Shown: positions 29,076 to 38,539 of the stretch, piece after piece
Position numbering within the stretch: the stretch's first letter is position 1
Layout: every line of letters starts with the position of its first letter
Assembly: GCA_965116025.1 (NCBI GenBank)
Contig: OZ220480.1
Location: 1,088,001 to 1,152,000 of the forward strand
From: an uncultured candidatus Porisulfidus sp.
GTDB lineage: Bacteria > Pseudomonadota > Gammaproteobacteria > Poriferisulfidales > Poriferisulfidaceae
Direction: 5' to 3'
DNA: 64,000 nucleotides
Program-made: the position numbers and the translations under genes
The notes under the pieces: model-generated
Told to the model about the DNA's origin: nothing
Databases searched by the model: none
Seen by the model: only the letters and a program-made list of their open reading frames with translations

Positions 29076-30080
29076 ATGGAACTGCTGAGGATTTTGGACC
29101 ACTTGCCGCCTGGCTTGGCGGACTGCCCGGCTGATGGGCTGGAAGAGGTTCTTGGCGGGCCGACTCTGCTACACCTGTCAGGAGAGCGGCCCGACCCGTT
29201 GTTCCTGTCGGTCCTACTGCACGGAAACGAGATCGCCGGGTGGGAGGCGACGCGCGGGATCCTGCGGGATTTCGCGGAGGCGCGTCTGCCGCGCTCTCTG
29301 TCCATCCTGATCGGCAACGTCACGGCCGCCCGGGTTGGGGCGCGTCGGCTCGACGGCCAGCCGGACTACAATCGGATCTGGAACGGTGGCGACAGTCCAG
29401 AGCATCGCATGGCTCGTCAGGTGGTTGAGGATATGCGCCGCCGCGGCCCCGTCGCCAGCATCGACGTGCACAACACGACCGGGCCGAATCCGCACTACGC
29501 TTGCGTCAACTCGATGGACGGCCGCTTCCTGTATCTGGCGAAGCGATTCTCCCGGACCGCAGTGTATTTTCGGGCGCCGCTCGGGATGCAGTCCATGGCG
29601 TTCCGCGAGATCTGCCCGTCCGTGACCATCGAGTGCGGTTTGCCGGAGAGCCCGGAAGGCATCGTCCACGCCAAGGCGTATCTGGAGCAGCGCCTGTTCG
29701 AGGAATCGATACCGGACCGCGCGCCAAGCAGAGACGACCTGGAGCTGTTCCATACCCGGGCGCGGGTGAGAATCCCGGAAGGGACGCGATTCAGCTTTCG
29801 GGATCAGGCGGCCGATTTCTACATGCGGGGGGAGTTGGTGGAGCGAAACTTCAAGGAGTTGCCGGCGGAGACAGTTTTTGGGACGTGGGGAAAGGGAGTC
29901 GTTCCGCGTCTCCGGGTCGAGGATGAGGGCGGGAAAGACGTTTTCGATATGTATTTCGAGAATCGGGGACGGCGCCTGACGGTTCGGCAACCGTTCTTCC
30001 TGTCGATGCTGACCACGCGGGATAAGATCGTCGAGCAGGACTGTCTGTGTTATCTCATGGAGCGGATGATGGAGCGCTGA
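29076..30080 (+). CDS. M14 (succinylglutamate desuccinylase/aspartoacylase) family metallopeptidase
   Basis: LHGNE, DYNRIW, IDVHN and TIECG motifs. Confidence 0.82.
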   Translation: MELLRILDHLPPGLADCPADGLEEVLGGPTLLHLSGERPDPLFLSVLLHGNEIAGWEATRGILRDFAEARLPRSLSILIGNVTAARVGARRLDGQPDYNRIWNGGDSPEHRMARQVVEDMRRRGPVASIDVHNTTGPNPHYACVNSMDGRFLYLAKRFSRTAVYFRAPLGMQSMAFREICPSVTIECGLPESPEGIVHAKAYLEQRLFEESIPDRAPSRDDLELFHTRARVRIPEGTRFSFRDQAADFYMRGELVERNFKELPAETVFGTWGKGVVPRLRVEDEGGKDVFDMYFENRGRRLTVRQPFFLSMLTTRDKIVEQDCLCYLMERMMER

Positions 30081-30253
30081 GGGTGGCTTCGTTTCGCGTT
30101 CTCGACGATCAACACCACGGATTGGCAACGCTTCTCTATCTCATCGTGATTTAGAAGCGGTGCCGATGCTCAAGAGCGAATGCAGTAACTTCCAGCTCCG
30201 CGCCTCATATTACGCCAAACTGCTTGCGTTGGATTTTGGATTATGGACGAAAC

Positions 30254-32860
30254 CTAAAACCCACTGGGCATCGTTGGGTCCTCGCCTTCTCCGATCAAAT
30301 AAGGAGCAGTTCGATCAACCAAGTTTTTCTCAAAATGTTGGCCATATTTTTTTGCGGCCTTACAGAGATTTTCGCAAGCTGATTCCGCATCCTCGCCGGA
30401 GTGTAGGAACCAGTCTTGGTGGGAATAGCGTACCTGACAAAGCCCGCGATATCCCATCGTGATATACCGAAGCTCCAAGCTGCGCTGTGGCCGCACGCGC
30501 CGTGACCGACCTTTCGCTCTGGGGCGAGGGTCTGATTTCCCTTTCAGCAGGTTGTCCAATTGTTGCCGCAAAAAGTTCGCGACTCGGTCGAATCGATCCT
30601 TACTCTCGCCAAGAACTAATCGGGCGGAAACTCTTCGCGCCAATGGGTGCGTCACGGCAGCGAGCAGATACTTGTCTTGGGCTGTTCCCCCTTCACGCAC
30701 CCATTGTCCAAGCAGACCGTCGAACACTTGCCTTAGCGCGTCGTCTTCTCGTATAGCCCGGCCGATTCCTTGGTAGATTGCCCAAGCTGAGAATTCATTT
30801 TCGACATGCAGGGCCGTTCCTTCCGGGCCTTCGGGGCTTAGGGCCGCACGCAGCAATATTTCGACCGTTTTTGTTGGGCACCCGGTGAACAGCCATGTCA
30901 GAGGAAGGTGCAGGCGGTTGGCAATAGGAGGTTGCAGAATTGTTTGGGAGTTCACATGGTCTTCCAGATCATGAAGCAATATCTGGGTCGATTTCTCGAG
31001 CAACTCATAGGACTCTGATTTTGGTGGTCGACCATCGGAACCGAGAGGGAAAACGGCATCTCTCCAGTTTTTCTGCGTCGTCTTGTATATCTTGTCCCTA
31101 AGCTGAGCATTGCCATTCCCCAATCGCACCACTTGCTCCAGCAGGGAGCAAAGCTCAAGCCATGCTCTCTGATCAGGCTTGAAGATGTAGAGTTCCGGAA
31201 TGCCGCCCAGTTCTGGTGGTGGTTTCGTTTCCATTTCACTCCACCTAACATCAGTTAGTAACTGCTTTTCTTGTGACAGATGCTCGACGATCTCGATTCG
31301 AGCTTCTCCAGATAGCGGGCGCACTCTTGCCAAAGGTTCCACTACCCGCTTGTGGTCACTGGGATCAATATGGTGTCGGGTGTATCGTTCATTCCAATTT
31401 TTCCTGTCTCCGCGTCGAAGATGGAGAAGGACGTATTCGATGCCGGGCGCGAGCGTCACAGATCTACTAATATTGGGTCGTGTGCGATAGGGTTCCCCAG
31501 CGGGTATCGCCTGTTTCCTAGGGACTACGGCTTTCCACTCGATTTTTGCTCTGCTATTTTCGCTACTCGTTGATTCCGGGCGGACTTCCAATTCAATTGA
31601 TGGCACCTCGTCGAGCCAAGCCGGGACACTGCGGTCTCGACCAAGCTTCAAGGCTAAATCCAAAGCCGCCTTGGATGCGTCTTGGTTGGAAACTTTAACA
31701 ACGGGAATGTTGGGCGCGCGATTTTGGACGACGAGCGCGAGCTTCGTAGTCGTCTCGGTTCCAAACGGACTTTCAACGACGATCACTCGCGGATCCTTTT
31801 TGCTATCGATGAATGATTGGATCTTTTCCTCGAGTTGTGGTGGTAGCGCGGGTGACGGCCATCTTTTGGGTGCTGGCCTTTGATGCAGAACCTCCCAGTC
31901 TCCTTCAGGCGTGGGCCAGCACCAGTGTTCCAATGCCTCCATATCCATACCGATTTTCGCCAGTGACTTCGGACGCATGCCGGCGGATAGAAGCTCTATA
32001 GATCGCGTCCACTTCTTGATGGAATTTATATCTTGGTTGGACTTCGTGAGGATCGATTCAACAAGGCTCGCTCGTTGGGTCATCCATGCTTGATCTTCGG
32101 CGCATTCTTCCATAATGGCGCTACGGGCGATATGAATTAAACCTTTAGTCTTATTGCTGGGCGACCAGTGGCGTAGCTTTAGCGTTGTCCAGAACACTTT
32201 TCGGCTGAAGCTGATAACCAGAGCTGAGCCGGGCCTGTCCCCGAGATGTTCTCTACGCTTTTTCCTTGCGGAGTGGAGAGCGGCCACTGAACGCCAGATT
32301 AATTCCAAACGGCTTTGGCTAAGTTCGCGTGGACGCCTTCGCATGATGGTGTCGTAAAGAGTTTCCAACGTGGTTTGGCCTGTTTCATCATGGACTCTCG
32401 TCGACCCGAAATCCAGACCGTCCGCCACAATCATGGCGAGGTGAATCGGGCCATCAAACCTTTTCGATAGATCGAGCACTAGCCGCCATAATGCATCAGG
32501 CAAGGCATGGTGCCGTTCGGCCGAACACTCTTCGAGCCCTGCCGTATAGGCGAAGGCATCCGTCGCGTCGAGGAGAGGTTCCTGTGTTCGAGCGTCGCGC
32601 GCCGAGGCAAGCGCTTGCCCGCCGAGCAGCCAAACGTCTTGATGGCGATACAGACAAGAGCGGAATCCGAGAGTGGTGGTTCGCGCTATGCCACCCGCGT
32701 CAGTTTGTTGCCCAACCACGAGGTGATCAAGCCATCCATTCAGGTCGACGATGACGAAGCGGTCCACGTCAGGAAGCGATTTGGGCCGCCCATTCGCTAA
32801 GCCTCGCGTCCCATTCGTGCTCTGGAATCCAAGGCAGTTCTCCGACTGCGACATCCGCAT
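30254..32860 (-). CDS. Large defence-island protein, possibly Hsp70/actin-fold derived
   Basis: 868-aa ORF, last gene of the McrBC-like operon. IVDLNG and IWRSVAAL only loosely recall Hsp70 motifs. Confidence 0.5.
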   Translation of the reverse strand: MRMSQSENCLGFQSTNGTRGLANGRPKSLPDVDRFVIVDLNGWLDHLVVGQQTDAGGIARTTTLGFRSCLYRHQDVWLLGGQALASARDARTQEPLLDATDAFAYTAGLEECSAERHHALPDALWRLVLDLSKRFDGPIHLAMIVADGLDFGSTRVHDETGQTTLETLYDTIMRRRPRELSQSRLELIWRSVAALHSARKKRREHLGDRPGSALVISFSRKVFWTTLKLRHWSPSNKTKGLIHIARSAIMEECAEDQAWMTQRASLVESILTKSNQDINSIKKWTRSIELLSAGMRPKSLAKIGMDMEALEHWCWPTPEGDWEVLHQRPAPKRWPSPALPPQLEEKIQSFIDSKKDPRVIVVESPFGTETTTKLALVVQNRAPNIPVVKVSNQDASKAALDLALKLGRDRSVPAWLDEVPSIELEVRPESTSSENSRAKIEWKAVVPRKQAIPAGEPYRTRPNISRSVTLAPGIEYVLLHLRRGDRKNWNERYTRHHIDPSDHKRVVEPLARVRPLSGEARIEIVEHLSQEKQLLTDVRWSEMETKPPPELGGIPELYIFKPDQRAWLELCSLLEQVVRLGNGNAQLRDKIYKTTQKNWRDAVFPLGSDGRPPKSESYELLEKSTQILLHDLEDHVNSQTILQPPIANRLHLPLTWLFTGCPTKTVEILLRAALSPEGPEGTALHVENEFSAWAIYQGIGRAIREDDALRQVFDGLLGQWVREGGTAQDKYLLAAVTHPLARRVSARLVLGESKDRFDRVANFLRQQLDNLLKGKSDPRPRAKGRSRRVRPQRSLELRYITMGYRGLCQVRYSHQDWFLHSGEDAESACENLCKAAKKYGQHFEKNLVDRTAPYLIGEGEDPTMPSGF

Positions 32861-34250
32861 TCATGCGTTCCGAGGAATCAATCGCGTCCCACCATATTCC
32901 TGCCCCGGGCTCCATTTCGGCTATTGCGCCCAAACGGTTCTGGTTCCCATTGGACTCATATCTGAGGAACTTGGTGGAGTCAGAACCGGATTCCCCAAAA
33001 GTGCATTGAATGCCTCCGCGCAAATAACGCCCCTTCGAAGGGGCGTCCTTCTCTCGTAGCATCGGACTATGGGCGAGTATGTCAAAGCCCTTTTCGCGAA
33101 GTTTCATGGCCGCGCGCAGTCCTAACAGCTCCATGAACGTCCGATGTTGCCACATCCATTCAAGCTCGGTGGCCGCGCTCCTCGCTCGCAAGTCTTGCCA
33201 AGCGCGCCAAATGTTCCGATATCGTGGATCGAATCGAAGAGGAAAATTGGGTTTGACCGGTGCTATTGCCTTAGGAACCTTCCGCGCTCTAAGCGTGGCC
33301 TCAATCTGCCGAGCACGGAGTTGATGCGCTTGGATGATGGTGAAGTTGGGTTCACCTTTTTGGCGACTGACAAGCCAATTCTCCGCCTCACGTATCGTCA
33401 ATGCGGCGAATGCCCGCAAAACCTGATTTTCCAGCGTTGAGATCGTTTCATACCGTTTTGGGGCCTTAATGCGTTGCCGCCCCCCGGCGCGTTCGGCAGC
33501 ACTTTTTCCTGGTTGGGCGGAGAGCCAGCGTAGCGTCTTCGCGTCGATGCGACGAGCGTCCTGCAACTTTAACATTCGGTGTTCCGTGCTCAGCACCGAT
33601 CTGGGGCGGGCACCGAGGTCGTCCAGCGTACCCTTCAGCCTTTTAGCCTGCGTTACCAACAGTTCCCCAAGAGGGTCAGCATCTCCGTATCTTTGATCGC
33701 TCCAGATCTCCTCCAGTCGCTCATACGCGACTCCTATCGATGGCTGAGCGGAGAAAGCGTCCGGCACCATATCGAGAACGCATGCGGCGCGCCTTAATAT
33801 CCTCAATCGTCCAGCATTCGCGTTGTCGCATTCGTTAGATGAGCGTTCCGGCCAATCGGATACGTCGATTTTGAGCACCGTTTTCGGGTCTGGGCATATG
33901 GTGATGATTAAGATTCGGTCTGCTCCAGCGCGCCACGGCGCGAGCCACGCTTCCAACTCATCGCAACTACGCTCGTCGCCTTCGCTGATGCATCCAGCTG
34001 ACAAAGTGCCTCGGATCTTCCCTGGCGCTTGGGGAAGGGTTTGGCGAAACCGCCCCTCCAAAACCGGAAACTCTTTCGGTAGCGCGCCAAGGGTCGCTAC
34101 GATGACTGGCGGGCCGGATAACCGAAAAGATGCTGTTTCGCCTAACTTAATCTCCTTAATGCCCTCATATTTTTCGCCCATGGCTTCACGACTGAATGCC
34201 CGAAAAGAAGGGTAGATCCATATGCCGCTATTTTTCTGATCTTTCCTCAT
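32769..34250 (-). CDS. McrC-like DUF2357 protein (CnuC/D-like)
   Basis: YETISTLENQVL and PNFPLRFDPRYRNIW pattern typical of DUF2357; directly after the McrB-like gene; no clear PD-(D/E)xK motif seen. Confidence 0.75.
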   Translation of the reverse strand: MRKDQKNSGIWIYPSFRAFSREAMGEKYEGIKEIKLGETASFRLSGPPVIVATLGALPKEFPVLEGRFRQTLPQAPGKIRGTLSAGCISEGDERSCDELEAWLAPWRAGADRILIITICPDPKTVLKIDVSDWPERSSNECDNANAGRLRILRRAACVLDMVPDAFSAQPSIGVAYERLEEIWSDQRYGDADPLGELLVTQAKRLKGTLDDLGARPRSVLSTEHRMLKLQDARRIDAKTLRWLSAQPGKSAAERAGGRQRIKAPKRYETISTLENQVLRAFAALTIREAENWLVSRQKGEPNFTIIQAHQLRARQIEATLRARKVPKAIAPVKPNFPLRFDPRYRNIWRAWQDLRARSAATELEWMWQHRTFMELLGLRAAMKLREKGFDILAHSPMLREKDAPSKGRYLRGGIQCTFGESGSDSTKFLRYESNGNQNRLGAIAEMEPGAGIWWDAIDSSERMNADVAVGELPWIPEHEWDARLSEWAAQIAS

Positions 34251-36645
34251 AAGTGTAGCCTGGCCAATTGAATATCTGGGTCGTTTGGGAGCTTTTGAGT
34301 GCTTCCCTAAGCGTTTCCGCGAAAGATGAGTCGTCGAGGTCATCCTCCGTTAACGTTAAGAGACCCTCGATTTGTTCATTACAGTCATGCATTTCCGCGC
34401 CTGCCAGTTTTGGCAGAAGGCGCATGTTGATCTGATCGATCATTGGCTCCCGCCAATCTTTGCCGGGATATCGATCAATGTAAGCCTTGATGCTTTGGGC
34501 GATCCGGTAGCCAAATCCTCGTCCGGCATTCTGCATAAGATCAGCGAGTTGTTTCAGCGTCTCATCCACTTTATTGTCGCCCTTAGTTTTCGTGATATCA
34601 GACCAGCTGAGCCATCGCTCGTAAGGCAAATAACCTTCAGACGGGCGAAAGTCACGTTCCGGTGGCTTGCTATGCTTGCAAAGCGCGTCAGGCTTCGGTG
34701 GCGCGAAGCGGATAGAATTCGCTCGATCCAATACTTTGTCGGATAACGCTTGGGTGGTCTCATCTTCATTCAGCGTTCCCACCCACAAAACGTTGTGAGG
34801 AATATGCAGATGCTTTGGCTCTTCCTCCTCGGCGTAGGGCATATCGATCGCAATTCGTGAATCGTGATGGTTATCGCTTGAAGCATCGTCGTCCGAGATT
34901 TCGCGAGTTCCACGCATTTCTAACCGTGACAAAAACTCCGAAAAATAATATTCCGTTCGCGCCAAATTCATTTCATCCAACAGAATGATGAGCATCCGTT
35001 TGCGCCAGTCTCTATCGTTCTCGTTCTTGATCCCAATGTCTTCCATGAAATCCTTGTCGAAATGACCAAGAGCGCGGGCGCGGTCAGTTGGGCGGTAACG
35101 CTCCGCGACAAAGTCGTAGAAGCCTAAAAGGTCTTGCGGAGAGTCCCAGCCAGGCTCGACAGGAACATGCAGAAAGTGAATTCCGAAAAAGCGAGCATAA
35201 GCCCGTGGCAATTGGCTTTTTCCTGTGCCACTCAGGCCACTCAGTACGGTCAGTGGAGATAAGTCGTTCACTTTCAAGGCCGTGTGGAAAGCTCGAATGA
35301 TTCGCTTTGGATAGTACAGATTTTGCTTTTCTAGGCCCGACATGAATTCGCTGAGCATAGTGTCTTCCTTTTTCTCTTCGCTCGCTTCCTCGAATTGTTT
35401 CACAAGACAGTCTGGCGGAGACTTAAACATGCTGAGTTTGTCTTTCGGATCGGTTTTTCCGGGGACTTCCTTGACCGCGACATTGAGCGAATGATCCGGG
35501 AACTGAATTTCTGTCTTCTCGATGGTTCTTGTTACCGCTTCGATTGCCTCATGCTTCTGTTTCGTCTCGGCAAGACTTTTCTTCGCGCCACCAAGATCCT
35601 GTTTCGTTTTATCAAGGCTATGCTGAAGTCGATTTCGCTCCTCCTCCAATTCTTGAATCTCGCGGTAAAGCTGGTCCCGCCAAGACTTCTTTCCTTTCAC
35701 ATCTGTTTCCAGTTCATCGAATTCTTTCTTGCGCTTCTCGAGATATTCTTTCCAATCCGCTTCGGGCGCGGCGATTTCTGGCGGATACTTGCTACCCAAG
35801 ATGGATTGGATTTCATCCAGCCTGCGCGCGGCCTCTGCTCGCCTGACTTCTAATTCGGTGATTTTCTTCAACTCTTCCTTCTCGAACAGCTTCTTTTGGT
35901 CTTCCAGCCGTTCCATAGCGGTTTTCATCTCATCATGCTCTTGCTTGCGCCGCTCGAGATATCCCTTCCAATCTGCTTCGGGCGCAGCGATTTCTGGTGG
36001 ATATTTTCCCAAGGCTGATCGGATATCATCCAGCCTGTGCGCGGCTTCCGCGCGCTTGAGCTCTAACCCGTTGATTCGCTCAGACCACTCTTTCCCTATC
36101 TGTTCTCTTCGGGCCTTTAACTGCTCCATAGCAGTTCTCAACTCATCGTGTTCTTTCTTGCGTTTCTCGAGATATTCTTTCCAATCCTCTTTGGCCTCAA
36201 TAATTTCTGATGGGTACTGATCCAATGCGGATTGAATATCATCCAGTCTGCGGGCGGCCTCTTCGCGTTTAATTCCCAAATCGTCGATTCGCCTCGATTC
36301 TTCCCGCTCGAATTCTTCCAACTCTCTTTTCATTCGCTCTAGGTTCTGGTGGTCCTGTCTCACCGTTTCCCATCGTTCTATGGCTTCTCGGGCCCTGAGT
36401 TCTTTCTTCTGCAGGGTATCCAGATGTTCCATTTTTCCTTGCTCTTCCTCTTGGATAGATTTGCGCAGGCTTTCTAATCGAATGTGTTTTTCCTCAAGGA
36501 GTTTTTCCAACTCGTCGATTGATCTCTCTTTCGTCGTTATGCGTCGCCAGTAATCTGATCGGCCTATAACAAAAATAGCTGTCAGCACGGCTATGAGTGC
36601 CAGAATAAGCATAAGGAATAAACCGAAGAGCTCGTTATTAATCAT
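34228..36645 (-). CDS. McrB-like AAA+ GTPase with an N-terminal TM and long coiled coil (CnuB-like)
   Basis: GLSGTGKS, ILLDEMNLARTEYYFSEFLS and GTLNEDETT (NxD McrB signature), LSDKVLDRA. Confidence 0.88.
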   Translation of the reverse strand: MINNELFGLFLMLILALIAVLTAIFVIGRSDYWRRITTKERSIDELEKLLEEKHIRLESLRKSIQEEEQGKMEHLDTLQKKELRAREAIERWETVRQDHQNLERMKRELEEFEREESRRIDDLGIKREEAARRLDDIQSALDQYPSEIIEAKEDWKEYLEKRKKEHDELRTAMEQLKARREQIGKEWSERINGLELKRAEAAHRLDDIRSALGKYPPEIAAPEADWKGYLERRKQEHDEMKTAMERLEDQKKLFEKEELKKITELEVRRAEAARRLDEIQSILGSKYPPEIAAPEADWKEYLEKRKKEFDELETDVKGKKSWRDQLYREIQELEEERNRLQHSLDKTKQDLGGAKKSLAETKQKHEAIEAVTRTIEKTEIQFPDHSLNVAVKEVPGKTDPKDKLSMFKSPPDCLVKQFEEASEEKKEDTMLSEFMSGLEKQNLYYPKRIIRAFHTALKVNDLSPLTVLSGLSGTGKSQLPRAYARFFGIHFLHVPVEPGWDSPQDLLGFYDFVAERYRPTDRARALGHFDKDFMEDIGIKNENDRDWRKRMLIILLDEMNLARTEYYFSEFLSRLEMRGTREISDDDASSDNHHDSRIAIDMPYAEEEEPKHLHIPHNVLWVGTLNEDETTQALSDKVLDRANSIRFAPPKPDALCKHSKPPERDFRPSEGYLPYERWLSWSDITKTKGDNKVDETLKQLADLMQNAGRGFGYRIAQSIKAYIDRYPGKDWREPMIDQINMRLLPKLAGAEMHDCNEQIEGLLTLTEDDLDDSSFAETLREALKSSQTTQIFNWPGYTYEERSEK

Positions 36646-36710
36646 GGAATTGGCATAGTGCCTTCAGCACAAAAGTTCCGTGTGAATCAGGAGTAGGGAT
36701 ATCACGTTGA

Positions 36711-37553
36711 TCAGCTATTCTTATTTGGTCCATAAAGGGAATCAAGGGTTTCAATCAATCGTCGAATTTTCTCGCGAGCTCTTTTCTCGTCATTTGCCAA
36801 CATCTGCAGTTGATCAGACTCTATCTCGATTTTATTTTTCAATTTCCGCAATTGGTCGGACGCGGTTACCACGTCATTGATCAAGCTGTTCAGCTCGGTT
36901 CGTTTAGCGCGCAACCGACTATTGACGTCATCCAACTCAGATTCGACTTGTGCTAAATCATTTTTGGTAGCTGTGGTATCCTCTTTCACCTGAGCCAATT
37001 CGCGTTTCTTCGTGTTGATCAGACCGTGTATCTCATTCAGTTTCGTTCGGGAATCGTCCGCGCGATTCGAATAATTCTCTATCGCATTTCGGTATTCTGT
37101 GGTTTCCGCGTTTAGTTGGTCAACTTTGGTTTTCAGTGCCGACTTATCGGACATCAACTGGTCAACCTCTTTAACCAGCCGGTCCTTCTCTGCCCGAGTT
37201 CTCGATTCTTCAGCTTGCAAGCCTGGGAGCTTCTTGGCGAGACGGTCTGCTGCTTTCTCTTCCACACGGAGAGAGGATAGGTTTGATTGGATTTGTGCCA
37301 TCTCGCCGGTAAGCTGATCTCTCTCTGCTCTGAGCTCGGTCAGGTCGTTGGTAAGCTGGTCCCTCTCCGCTCTGAGCTCAATCAGGTTTTCGGCAATACG
37401 CTTGGCTTCTTTGCGGTCTTTAGGCAGAGTCACAACTTCCGCAGCGACTCCGACCCCGGCGATAATAAGCAATATCGCGGTCAGCAACAATAACGCCGTG
37501 CCAAACGTACGCAGACGGTCCGACTTGAGCGCATTAGATTTCGATTGGGTCAT
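36711..37553 (-). CDS. TM-anchored coiled-coil protein (CnuA-like)
   Basis: N-terminal hydrophobic helix followed by about 230 aa of heptad-type sequence, including LxELRAERDQLT twice. Confidence 0.75.
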   Translation of the reverse strand: MTQSKSNALKSDRLRTFGTALLLLTAILLIIAGVGVAAEVVTLPKDRKEAKRIAENLIELRAERDQLTNDLTELRAERDQLTGEMAQIQSNLSSLRVEEKAADRLAKKLPGLQAEESRTRAEKDRLVKEVDQLMSDKSALKTKVDQLNAETTEYRNAIENYSNRADDSRTKLNEIHGLINTKKRELAQVKEDTTATKNDLAQVESELDDVNSRLRAKRTELNSLINDVVTASDQLRKLKNKIEIESDQLQMLANDEKRAREKIRRLIETLDSLYGPNKNS

Positions 37554-38469
37554 CCTTCATCTCCCATGCTGAGGTTTTTCTTGTCCGTGGTTCTGGGGAA
37601 GCCATATCCGCAAGGACGCGCGTGAGACACGCATCTTGGTCTCTCTTGATTTCATCCGCCCAAAAGCGAACGGGGCGCCAGCCCAAGCGCCGGAGCGCCC
37701 GGTCTCTTTTTTCGTCCTGAGGCCGAAGATGCCCCGGTAATTCCTCATGCCAAAACCGCCCGTCGACTTCGACATCCAGCCTCACGGGGAGCCCGCCCGA
37801 CGTTCCAAGCACGGCGAAATCCAGATAGTAGCCCGCGACTGGCATTTGGGGAATCGGGTTGATCCCCGCGTCTTTCAGGCATTCGCCAAAATCTCGTTCT
37901 ATACGGGAAGTATGCGGTGCGGGCCCCAGCATGGGATCCCGCGAGAGTCTCCACCGTCTGCGAGCTTCCGCGAGAAACTTGTCGCCGTCGCCATGCCGCG
38001 TTCCGAACGCCGCGACGATGTGCACCGTTATCCCACGTTGCCGGGCCCCATGAATCATGCGAGCGAACGCGGGGCATTCGCCAGGCGCTTGGCTCCAGTC
38101 TCGTAGCGCGAATAGCAAATCCGACCGTTCCAGGCCGGCGTTGATACGGGTTGCCGTTTCTTCCGCGCGTCGCTCGTCGGTCATGGCTATGGATATGTCT
38201 CCCGCCTCGCGTCGCGCTACCGCGCGTTCCATTGATGCCGTATCGTTTGTCGATCCGGGCTCAGTGAATGTCCAATGCACTCCCGCCGTCCTGTTCTTCA
38301 GCAATTGCCATCGATTAAACGAGTTGACGACAAGTTCGCCACGAAGCATGGCTTTTCGGATGCGGTTCAGTCGCTCTGCCGGAGCGGCTCGAGATTGAGC
38401 AGGGCGATAGGTTCGCAATCTGCCGCCCAATGGCCGTCGCAAGTAGTGGTTTCCCGATATCCGATCCAC
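37534..38469 (-). CDS. DUF559/Vsr-like endonuclease with a degenerate N-terminus
   Basis: QMPVAGYYLDFAV..LDVEVDGRFWH..QDEKRDRALRRLGWRPVRFW. Confidence 0.8.
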   Translation of the reverse strand: MDRISGNHYLRRPLGGRLRTYRPAQSRAAPAERLNRIRKAMLRGELVVNSFNRWQLLKNRTAGVHWTFTEPGSTNDTASMERAVARREAGDISIAMTDERRAEETATRINAGLERSDLLFALRDWSQAPGECPAFARMIHGARQRGITVHIVAAFGTRHGDGDKFLAEARRRWRLSRDPMLGPAPHTSRIERDFGECLKDAGINPIPQMPVAGYYLDFAVLGTSGGLPVRLDVEVDGRFWHEELPGHLRPQDEKRDRALRRLGWRPVRFWADEIKRDQDACLTRVLADMASPEPRTRKTSAWEMKDDPIEI

Positions 38470-38539
38470 GTTTTCGCTCGCGCCGTTTCAATTCACAAGG
38501 GCGAGAGATTGTAAATCATCGGGTGAACGGCATTCGATT

